From positions 37,411-101,410 of the forward strand of contig JBNKCR010000148.1 of NCBI GenBank assembly GCA_050287845.1: a DNA stretch of 64,000 nucleotides, given 5' to 3'. A model generated the notes under the pieces. It saw only the letters and a list, made by a program, of their open reading frames with translations, searched no databases and was not told the DNA's origin. The stretch is from Polyangia bacterium. Lineage in GTDB: Bacteria; Myxococcota_A; Polyangia; JAAYKL01. Of this stretch, positions 37,514-45,624 are shown piece after piece; position 1 is the first letter of the stretch, and each line of letters begins with the position of its first letter. The position numbers and the translations under genes are program-made.

Positions 37514-39655
37514 TTAAAAAAGATCCAGAATATTGCTGTACTGGTCTGAAAATACCAGAGGCGCGGCATATTTTTCGGGCCAGGGCGAATACGCCGGTGA
37601 CGCCAGAAACTTTCTGGCAAATGTATCGTTGTCAGTGATGATAACCCAGGTGGTATCCAGAATGTAGTTGGCGTAATCGGTAGTGGTGTACACCACATAC
37701 GGTGTGGCAGAGATGTGCTCGGCAATGCCCTGCATCAGCGGTTCAAGGTTCAGATGTCTGTTGGAAATATGAAACACGAGCACCCCGCCCGCACGGACGC
37801 GCTGTCGGTAAATATTGATGGCTTCGGTTGTCAGCAGATGAAGCGGGATAGCATCACTTGAGAATGCATCCATTACCAGAATATCCAGCAGGGGCGTATT
37901 GGTGCGATTTTCTGCCGCCAGGGTCAGCCGGGCATCTCCGGGAACTACCCGAACTGTGCCTTTCGCTTTTTTCAGATAGTCAAACTGCATACGGGCAACA
38001 GATATGACATCCGGGTCTATTTCGTAAAAAATCATGGTATCGCCCGGTTGATTCCATACGGAGCAGATGCCTGCGCCGAGCCCCACAACGCCGGTGCGTA
38101 CCGGTCCCCCGTGAATCTCCCGATATATCTGCTGCGCCATGCCCATGCCGGATTGGGGAGCGTAATAAAACGCGGGGCCCAGTGTTTCGGTTTTCCTGGG
38201 CTGGCAACCGTGGAGTGTCTGGCCGTGGTACAGGCACCGGGTATTTCTGGTTTCAGAAATGGTGATTCTGCCGTAAAAATTGCGGGAGGAGTACACCGTG
38301 GACAGGTTGTCATGCACAACGTTCACTACAAAACCCACCCCGCTCACCACTATTCCCAATGCCAGAAGCAGTCGATGCATTCGGGCGCTGAGTTCGGATT
38401 CGATGCTGTCAATCTCCTTTGACACCGCATGCCATATCAGGAGGAAAAGTATGGGCCACAGCAGGCTGTATTCCCAGAGATCCGGAAACAGCACTGGCGC
38501 CACAACCGCCACTATGATGCCGCCGACAATGCCGCCGAAGGATGTCCACAGATAAAAATACGTCAGCGCGGAAGCGTCGGGTTTAAGAGCTGCCAGCTCA
38601 CCGTGTGCCACCATGCATCCCACAGATAGCGTTACCGCGTACAGGGCCAACTGAACCGGCATGGGCCACTGATTGCCCATGAATATCTGGAGGATGACGA
38701 TGATTGTGGCCACGCACAGAATCGGAAGCCAGGTTCGACGCCGATAAACGGTGTCTCTGGAAAAACAGATGGCAAAACTGAGCAGGTACAGGCACAGGGG
38801 GAGCATCCAGAGCAGCGGGGTGGCTGCGACATCCTGCGAGAGCCGTTCGGTCGTTGTTAATAGCAGCACCGACCCTGCGGCCGAGAAGCCGAACCAGAGG
38901 AATCGCGATGACAACGCGCGGGTCGGTTTTGCCTGCGTATTGCAAGTGGCGGACAGGGGGGAATTCGCGCCGTCAGCGTGAGGCCGATGCCGGGTAAAAT
39001 CGGGGGAGGCGGGTTGCCTTCGCCGATTCACCAGCCATGCGCAGGTCATGCAGGCAGCGGCAAAGACGACAAACAGTCCTCGCCACACCAATTCCTGGGC
39101 ATTCAGGGGGAGCAGGCGTTCCACGAGGAACGGATATGTCAGCACCGCCGTGAAGGATCCCGCATTGGAAACCGCATAAATTGGATACGGGGAACGGGAT
39201 GGGAAGCGCAGGTAAAACCAATGCTGAACGAGCGGAGCGGTGGCCGACAGCGCGAAAAATGGTAGACCCACATGCCGCAGAAGCGTGAATAGCAGCATGA
39301 CAATGGGGATGTCACCGGTGATATCCAGTGGTGACTCGGGCAGAATGCGTGAAAACAGTGTCGCTGCAACCAGAACGGTGCCATGCAGCCAGAGTTGACG
39401 TCGAACGGACGCATGCCGGGTCAGCAGGTGCGCGTAGATATAGCCGGCGAGCAGAACCGATTGGAAAAAGAGCAGGCAGGTTGTCCATACGGCAGCACTG
39501 CCCCCATACAGGGGAAGCAGTTTTTTCCCCATAATGGGCTGCACCATAAACAGCAGAAAGGCGCTGAGCCCCGATGTGGCGAAAAACAGCGCGATGGAAT
39601 GTAATCCTGGAATCAGCCTTTTCATCTTCTGACTGATATATCTGATTTGGAACAT
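37514..39655 (-). CDS. fused polytopic membrane domain / spermidine-synthase-like (AdoMet-dependent aminopropyl/methyl-transferase fold) protein
   Basis: The N-terminal ~450 aa are very hydrophobic (many predicted TM helices). The C-terminal region has VGLGAGICS (Gly-rich SAM loop), FYEIDPDV, VMDAFSSDAIPLHLLT and GGVLVFHISN. The start could be 39655 or 39625. Confidence 0.75.
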   Translation of the reverse strand: MFQIRYISQKMKRLIPGLHSIALFFATSGLSAFLLFMVQPIMGKKLLPLYGGSAAVWTTCLLFFQSVLLAGYIYAHLLTRHASVRRQLWLHGTVLVAATLFSRILPESPLDITGDIPIVMLLFTLLRHVGLPFFALSATAPLVQHWFYLRFPSRSPYPIYAVSNAGSFTAVLTYPFLVERLLPLNAQELVWRGLFVVFAAACMTCAWLVNRRRQPASPDFTRHRPHADGANSPLSATCNTQAKPTRALSSRFLWFGFSAAGSVLLLTTTERLSQDVAATPLLWMLPLCLYLLSFAICFSRDTVYRRRTWLPILCVATIIVILQIFMGNQWPMPVQLALYAVTLSVGCMVAHGELAALKPDASALTYFYLWTSFGGIVGGIIVAVVAPVLFPDLWEYSLLWPILFLLIWHAVSKEIDSIESELSARMHRLLLALGIVVSGVGFVVNVVHDNLSTVYSSRNFYGRITISETRNTRCLYHGQTLHGCQPRKTETLGPAFYYAPQSGMGMAQQIYREIHGGPVRTGVVGLGAGICSVWNQPGDTMIFYEIDPDVISVARMQFDYLKKAKGTVRVVPGDARLTLAAENRTNTPLLDILVMDAFSSDAIPLHLLTTEAINIYRQRVRAGGVLVFHISNRHLNLEPLMQGIAEHISATPYVVYTTTDYANYILDTTWVIITDNDTFARKFLASPAYSPWPEKYAAPLVFSDQYSNILDLF

Positions 39656-39701
39656 CCGGGAAAAGACGAAAGGTGGAAAACGTACCGGCGAGCGAGCCGG
39701 C

Positions 39702-40880
39702 TCATTTGCCTTCCGGCTCCTGAACGTCCTTCTGACTGAGAGTGAGCTGCTGCGCTGGAGCGGCGGGGTAATTGGCGGATGACAACGCGCACAATGTCAT
39801 GAACGACGCAGAGATTGCCGCCGAACGGATAGAAGGCGCCTGCACCGGAACAAAACAGAAGCGCCGTTCGTTTTCTGATGTATTTGTCAGCGCGAATGCC
39901 GGACATCCGCCATTGCATTCCCGATATCGGGCGCACCCGCGGCATTTCTGCCGAGTCATTTCGATGGTTTTGCGATGGTGGATGGCCACCTGTCTGTAGC
40001 GCTCCGAGAGCGGCGCGTTTCTGTCAGTCAATAACAATGACTGGGATTCCGGGATGGACAGACACCCTTTGATGGTGCCATCGTTGGTGATTCCCATGAT
40101 TGTCCGGGCACCGTAGCAGCCGGTGAAGCGACCGCAGGGGGGGGCGTCGACAAACGCCGGTATTCGAAGTGATTCCAATAGCTTGCTGTAACCGATATTG
40201 TCGCCGATGATGAGCTGAGGGGTATGGGAACGCAGTTGGGGCAATACCTGCAATACCTCGCGGATATTGTGGGCGTTCAGCCATATGGGGGTTGAGTTGG
40301 TTCTGTTTCCCAGCCAGATCTGCCAGAGTGCCGATGACGTATCCCGAACAACTTCACTCAGTTCCGGCATCTGGTCGTAATTGACGGCAAGCAGCGTGGT
40401 CATGAATCCAAATGGGACGCCCATCCGTTCCAGCTGGGCTGCGGCGTGCATGACCCTTTCAAACGCCCGGGGATGCTGCCGAATGGTATTGTGAGCGGAC
40501 TCGGTACCGTCCAGACTGAGCCATACAAAATTTACGTCGAGACATTGCATTTTGCGGGCTTCGGTCTCTCCGAGACTCTGCCCATTTGACATAATCTGTA
40601 CCGATACACCGTTTTCCCTGAAAATACTGACAAGCAGTTCCCAGTCGTCGCGAAGCAGCGGCTCTCCCCCGGACAAAGTGATACTTTTAATATTTGAATC
40701 CAGCAGTTCATGCACCAGTGCAGTGGCATCTGCGGTTGATAAGTCTTTTTGTGGATGCCGCCACCCGGCTGCGCAATGAATGCAGTTCAGGTTGCATTTT
40801 CCCGTAATCTGCCACTCCACATATTGAGGGATGCTGAAATTCTCATCCACGATAGCTCCTGTCCCCACTGGTAGTCCCAT
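39702..40880 (-). CDS. radical SAM / SPASM-domain protein
   Basis: GKCNLNCIHC (CxxxCxxC) and SGGEPLL. SPASM-type auxiliary cluster cysteines CGRFTGCYGARTIMGITNDGTIKGC and CRGCARYRECNGGCPAF. Lies 46 nt upstream of the fused spermidine-synthase-like gene on the same strand. Confidence 0.85.
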   Translation of the reverse strand: MGLPVGTGAIVDENFSIPQYVEWQITGKCNLNCIHCAAGWRHPQKDLSTADATALVHELLDSNIKSITLSGGEPLLRDDWELLVSIFRENGVSVQIMSNGQSLGETEARKMQCLDVNFVWLSLDGTESAHNTIRQHPRAFERVMHAAAQLERMGVPFGFMTTLLAVNYDQMPELSEVVRDTSSALWQIWLGNRTNSTPIWLNAHNIREVLQVLPQLRSHTPQLIIGDNIGYSKLLESLRIPAFVDAPPCGRFTGCYGARTIMGITNDGTIKGCLSIPESQSLLLTDRNAPLSERYRQVAIHHRKTIEMTRQKCRGCARYRECNGGCPAFALTNTSENERRFCFVPVQAPSIRSAAISASFMTLCALSSANYPAAPAQQLTLSQKDVQEPEGK

Positions 40881-41006
40881 TGCAGTTACAGTGTCATAAT
40901 AATTGAAAAGATGTCACAAAAAACGAATTCAGGACTGCCTGAGCAGCAAAAAATATGCTTCGCAACTGGTTTTACATGCGTCGGCCGGGGAAGGCGGGGT
41001 AGCTTT

Positions 41007-41225
41007 TCAAACAGGATTTGATGAGGGCTGTATGCCAGTATCATCAATCATTCTGAATTCGGTGAGCAGTACCCGCAACTGATTTTCATCGAATGGTTTC
41101 ACGAGGTAACCATCGCAGTTCTCCCGGAAGGCGCTGAGGATGGTGGCACCGTCTTTAAGTGCGGTAGTCATGATAATTTTACAGAGTTTATCAAGATTGA
41201 TTCCGGACACACACACACGAATCAG
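41007..41225 (-). pseudogene. remnant of a response-regulator receiver domain (C-terminal half only)
   Basis: SGINLDKLCKIIMTTALKDGATILSAFRENCDGYLVKPFDENQL matches receiver beta3-alpha5 (T and K-P-F positions). The N-terminal half with the acidic pocket and phospho-Asp is missing. An in-frame stop sits at 41226-41228, and only 48 nt separate that stop from the upstream gene. Confidence 0.5.
41207..41218. repeat. (AC)6 dinucleotide microsatellite
   Basis: ACACACACACAC read directly at 41207-41218. It coincides with the 5' boundary of the receiver-domain remnant. Confidence 0.9.
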
Positions 41226-41276
41226 TTAATTCCACCGCGCAGAGAGGCGCATTGAACGGAAACTCCGGTTTCTGAA

Positions 41277-42326
41277 TCAGGCAGGGTTGCCAACGAATTT
41301 TGGAAGATCCACGGTTTGCAGATGAATGTTTTTTCGATCATCCACCCCCAGACCGAGGTCCGCTGCCATTTTCAGAAAATGGGGGCCGCGTTTCACATCG
41401 TTCAGGGGGCGCAGGCCATTCTGTTTTCGAAGATTTTCGATGAGTTCATAGGCAACGCTATCCATGGCCACCGGATCGGTGGTGGCATATATACATTCAT
41501 GGGGAACCAATGCGCGCCGGTTGGCCTTGGGGCCGCCATCGTACAGAATTGTTGAGCCGTCAATAATATTTAATTTTACGCGGCTTCGTACATCCTCCAG
41601 TGACCACAGGTGTGCGAGGGCTTCATTCACTTTTTCATGGTTGATATGAGGCTTTTCAACACAGCCGAATGTGACGTTTTTCATGCAGCACGTCACCCCG
41701 GCCAAATCATGGTCCTTGATTGGGGGCACATTGATGATGGAATCGCAGTCAAGAAACAGTTTGGTGAACTTCGCCTTCGCCGGGCCAGCTGTTTTCCATT
41801 CTCCATACCTGTTGTAATCCTTGTGGGCCAGTACACGAATTTTTCGCGGGTTGGGCTGCTGGTCATAGCGTCCTCCCATCATGTTGCTGGCAAACATGTC
41901 AAAGATGAGCATGTTCTCATTGGGAACGCCCGCATCTCTGAGTGAATCTGCAATGGCAAATACAACCTCTTTCATGCTGGAGACCCATCTTGTGCCGAGG
42001 CAGTTGACTTTTATGCCAATTTTTTCATCAGGAGAAATGAATCGATGCCAGGCGTTCTTCACGCTGGACTCGCCTGTGAGCGCGGTCAACGCACGATCGA
42101 CCATCATTCTGGCGGCGTCGGGATGTGGATAGGCACCCACGCGCATTCCGGGCATGTGTACTTTCACCACATGACCAGGCCCGGTTCCGGTAGTCGATAC
42201 TCTTGTTTCTGCTTTTGTTTCAGTGGAAAATCCAAAAGTGGCTGCCGCCGTGGCGCCCGCAACAGAAGCAGCTGTCAGCTTTATGGCGTCCCGGCGATTC
42301 ATGGTATGCTTGGTTTTATCAGTCAT
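41277..42326 (-). CDS. Tat-signal DUF362 domain-containing protein
   Basis: Twin-arginine leader MNRRDAIKLTAASVAGATAAATFG. DUF362-like motifs: KIGIKVNCLG, INVPPIKDHDLAGVTCCMKNVTFGCV, DPVAMDSVAYELI. The start could be 42326 or 42302. Confidence 0.72.
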   Translation of the reverse strand: MTDKTKHTMNRRDAIKLTAASVAGATAAATFGFSTETKAETRVSTTGTGPGHVVKVHMPGMRVGAYPHPDAARMMVDRALTALTGESSVKNAWHRFISPDEKIGIKVNCLGTRWVSSMKEVVFAIADSLRDAGVPNENMLIFDMFASNMMGGRYDQQPNPRKIRVLAHKDYNRYGEWKTAGPAKAKFTKLFLDCDSIINVPPIKDHDLAGVTCCMKNVTFGCVEKPHINHEKVNEALAHLWSLEDVRSRVKLNIIDGSTILYDGGPKANRRALVPHECIYATTDPVAMDSVAYELIENLRKQNGLRPLNDVKRGPHFLKMAADLGLGVDDRKNIHLQTVDLPKFVGNPA

Positions 42327-42460
42327 AGCCCTGACATTATTGTCACTCGACTCATAAAAGGCAACTATTTTGGGCAAGGTACATATCTTGCGCGCGTCCG
42401 TTTTTCCATCACATTTATCGTCTGCCAGGAAAACTTTTCGTTTTTCGAAGGAGTATAAAA

Positions 42461-43648
42461 TTGGGGGTATTTTGCATCTGTACATTTTTTATTGTTGTAA
42501 TTTCGTTGCTGGGCGTTCCGGCGTACGCGCAAGTCGACCCGAACAAGGTTGATGACCATGACGCCCGGATTGCCGAGCTCGAAAAGCAACTGGCCGCGCT
42601 TCAGAAGAATGCAACGACGGATTCCGGCGCCGGCGCCACCGATGACGCATTGCCGGATGGTCCCAAAGGCCGAACCTTTCGCGACGGAGTCAATGATCTG
42701 CTCCCTGTGGAAATATTTGCCTTCGGGGATTTCATGTACCGGATTGAGGAAGACGCTCCGGATAACTTTGCCATCGGTCAGCTGGAACTGGATATTACGC
42801 AGGATTTGATTGAGCAGCTCACCATTACGGCGGCGATTGCCTACGACGGAGAGTCGGAAAGCATTGGGGTGGGCGCTTTCACCATTGATGGCCGAATTCT
42901 GGGTGAGGATGAAACCTATCTTCGAAAGTCTTCTCACATCAACTCATTCGGCATTATCCTGGGGCAGTTCGACGTTCCCTTTGGTATCGATTATCTGGAA
43001 TATGCATCTATTGACAGACGGCTGGTTACGGGTCCCATCGCGGTGGATGGGACCCATGCCGGTTGGAATGATCTGGGGGGGCAACTGTATCTGATCCTGC
43101 CTCGTATGAACGCAGTGCTATATGGCGTGAACGGGTACGGGTATAATACTGTTGAAACCGATCCTGCAGAAAATGAGCTGGTGCTTGAACATCCCACGGC
43201 CATAGCCCTGGGCGGTCGCCTGGGATTGCTGCCCATCCGTCAGATTGAGGTAGGCGGATCTCTGGCGACATTCTGGGCCTCGGATGCCACCGTTACCCAG
43301 TTGCTTGCCGGTAGTGATCTGTCGTTGCAGGTTGCCAATCTGGTGGTGAAAAGTGAGTATATTTATATGGCGCAGGGGATGGAAACCGATAACCGAATGA
43401 CCACCCATGGGGCCTACGGCGGTGCATTGTATGATTTTTCGCCTGTGTTCGTGACGGCTCGATACGCCATGCTCTGGCCGGATGGAGAAAGCAACGAACG
43501 ACAATTGTCTATCGGGACGGGTATCAAGGTGTTTGAAAATGCCGAAATTCGATTTGAATATACCACCAATCTTGAATCCGGCGGCTCCATGGCGTTTGTG
43601 CAGCTGGCTGGTGGATCGGCCTGGCAACCCAGCGGCATGCGCAGGTGA
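42461..43648 (+). CDS. putative outer-membrane porin-like beta-barrel protein
   Basis: TTG start lies 7 nt after GAAGGAG. Signal peptide ends VPAYA-Q. A short coiled coil (ARIAELEKQLAALQKN) resembles phosphate-selective-porin-type leaders, followed by an alternating beta-strand pattern. Assignment is by architecture only. Confidence 0.55.
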   Translation: MGVFCICTFFIVVISLLGVPAYAQVDPNKVDDHDARIAELEKQLAALQKNATTDSGAGATDDALPDGPKGRTFRDGVNDLLPVEIFAFGDFMYRIEEDAPDNFAIGQLELDITQDLIEQLTITAAIAYDGESESIGVGAFTIDGRILGEDETYLRKSSHINSFGIILGQFDVPFGIDYLEYASIDRRLVTGPIAVDGTHAGWNDLGGQLYLILPRMNAVLYGVNGYGYNTVETDPAENELVLEHPTAIALGGRLGLLPIRQIEVGGSLATFWASDATVTQLLAGSDLSLQVANLVVKSEYIYMAQGMETDNRMTTHGAYGGALYDFSPVFVTARYAMLWPDGESNERQLSIGTGIKVFENAEIRFEYTTNLESGGSMAFVQLAGGSAWQPSGMRR

Positions 43649-43654
43649 TGAATC

Positions 43655-43915
43655 AATTTTCAGCGCCGCATACAAAAGTAGGGTTGATGGCATACGTACG
43701 GACGTGCAGAAACTGGTGCAACGCCGCTTTCTGGGAATCATATTGCCCGTGCTGAAGCGGACAGATCGTTCGTCTGATGGCCAGAGCCCATGATGTGACA
43801 GAGTTTGTGGGGATGCGGCAGACACTGTCGCAACGGGAAAAGATGGATTCCACCGACGAGCTTGCCGGTGGGACTGCCCACGATTTCAATAATATGCTGA
43901 GCGTAATGTATCCTC
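43655..43915 (+). pseudogene. remnant of a PAS-histidine kinase (end of PAS plus H-box), frameshifted and truncated at both ends
   Basis: Frame 1 gives SGQIVRLMARAHDVTEFVGMRQTLSQREKMDSTDELAGGTAHDFNNMLSVM (DVTE PAS end, AHDFNN H-box). The upstream PAS-like part (YKSRVDGIRTDVQ...GIILPVLK) is in another frame. There is no ATPase domain, and the region is squeezed between the porin-like and ino1 genes. Confidence 0.5.
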
Positions 43916-43924
43916 GGTCCTGGA

Positions 43925-45241
43925 CTACTTTTCGTCCCGATAATATTCCAGACCGAGGTGGGTAATCAGTTCTTCGCCGGCCATGTGCCGGAGGGTGTTT
44001 TTGAACTTGATTTTCTGGATGTGAAGATCGTGCTCAGGGTACACGCCTTTGGCGGTCTGTGGGCTCTTGTAAAAGAAGGAGAGCCACTCCTGAATGCCAA
44101 CAAATCCCGCTCTCTGTGCCAGGTCGGAAAACAGTGCCAGGTCTGCAACGATGGGAGCCGCCAGTATGGAGTCACGGCAGAGGAAATCGATTTTTATTTG
44201 CATGGGATATCCCATCCATCCGAAAATATCGATATTGTCCCATCCTTCTTTCTCATCGCCCCGGGGCGGGTAATAATTGATGCGAATTTTATGGTACAAA
44301 TCGCCGTACAGGTCGGGGAATGATTCGGAACTGCAAATGGTATCCAGAACACCGGATTTGGACACCTCTTTGCTTCGGAACGACTCTGGGTCGTCCAGAA
44401 CTTCGCCGTCGCGATTTCCGAGAATATTGGTGGAGAACCAGCCATTGATGCCGAGCAACCGGTTTTTAAGGCCGGGCGCTACGATGGTTTTCATGAGGGT
44501 TTGCCCGGTTTTGAAGTCTTTTCCGGAGATAGCAACCCCGTTCTTTTTGGCAAGTTCCACCATGCAGGGCAAATCCACAGAAAGGTTCGGTGCGCCGTTG
44601 GCAAAGGGCACGCCTTCCATCAACGCTGCATACGCGTACAGCTGCGATGGGCAGATATCCTGGCTGTCTGCATCCAGCGCCTTTTCAAAATTGGCAATGG
44701 ATTCGTGAATTTCTATTGGTTTTCGGTAAACTTCCGTGGAACCGCACCATACAATCACAACGCGATCGACGGTTTTTCTGAATGCCTGAATGTCGGCGCG
44801 TAAAGCGTCCGCCATGTCGCGACGCGTGCCGGATTTAATGTAGTCGCCATTGAGATTTTTGCAGTAATTCCGGTCAAAGGCGCCTTTTATCGGGACAATT
44901 TTTTCCAGTTCCGGTTGTACTTTTTCCAAATCCTGAGGCGTCAGTACACCCGCTTTTTTAGCGGCGAGATAGGCGTTGTCGCTAAAAATATCCCACGCGG
45001 CGATAACCAGGTCTTCCGGTCGGGCCAGCGGCACCAACTCATTCAGTTTCACGAAACGATTCTCCGTGCGCTTGCCCAGACGGGCAGTGCCCATCCATGC
45101 CTGACAACCGATGGGTTTGGTGAATCCTTTTTTAATCATCTCAACACCGGCAATGAACGTTGTGCTCACTGCACCGAGGCCAACCAACATGATACCGAGT
45201 TTTCCATCTGCGGGTTTGATGTCATATTTATATTTACTCAT
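43925..45241 (-). CDS. ino1: inositol-3-phosphate synthase (myo-inositol-1-phosphate synthase)
   Basis: MSKYKYDIKPADGKLGIMLVGLGAVSTTFIAG (Rossmann start), ...WCGSTE..., ...FANGAPN..., ...SGKDFKTGQTLMKT... typical of bacterial/archaeal MIPS. ATG 45241 follows GAGGAAG. Confidence 0.88.
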   Translation of the reverse strand: MSKYKYDIKPADGKLGIMLVGLGAVSTTFIAGVEMIKKGFTKPIGCQAWMGTARLGKRTENRFVKLNELVPLARPEDLVIAAWDIFSDNAYLAAKKAGVLTPQDLEKVQPELEKIVPIKGAFDRNYCKNLNGDYIKSGTRRDMADALRADIQAFRKTVDRVVIVWCGSTEVYRKPIEIHESIANFEKALDADSQDICPSQLYAYAALMEGVPFANGAPNLSVDLPCMVELAKKNGVAISGKDFKTGQTLMKTIVAPGLKNRLLGINGWFSTNILGNRDGEVLDDPESFRSKEVSKSGVLDTICSSESFPDLYGDLYHKIRINYYPPRGDEKEGWDNIDIFGWMGYPMQIKIDFLCRDSILAAPIVADLALFSDLAQRAGFVGIQEWLSFFYKSPQTAKGVYPEHDLHIQKIKFKNTLRHMAGEELITHLGLEYYRDEK

Positions 45242-45624
45242 GGGGATATCTTCCTCTCGAAAAAAAAACGTCCTCGACAAATATTGAATCTGAGGTTTTT
45301 TTTCAAGAACTAGTTTGGATTTCTCAAAATACTTCCATACGATGTCTCCGAGGGGTGGAATTCTGTGCCTGTAATGTTGGCGGGAAGAATTTCTGCTCCA
45401 TTTCTGCTCCAACCGAAACTCGACCGGATTTTTATTGCACCCGGACCAGCTTGAAAATATAAAACGGTACAATACATATCAATATTCTGCCAATGGTGAG
45501 GGGCGCGTCGGACGAAACGGCGGAGGTCTCCGGATTCGGCAGCGTAACCGGTTTCGGCCATATCATTTTCAGCATGGCATAGTCCTGCTGAAAGCGCCGG
45601 CAGAGACAATGGCGCAGAGGTTGA

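Noticed and set aside
40911-41024. 37-codon plus-strand ORF (MSQKTNSGLPEQQKICFATGFTCVGRGRRGSFSNRI) upstream of, and divergent from, the rSAM/SPASM gene, as a possible RiPP precursor
   Set aside because: It has only two Cys, a weak RBS (GAAAAG) and the opposite strand to the maturase. It overlaps the receiver-domain remnant, and an ORF of this length is easily found by chance. A 22-codon TTG ORF on the minus strand in the same gap is even weaker.
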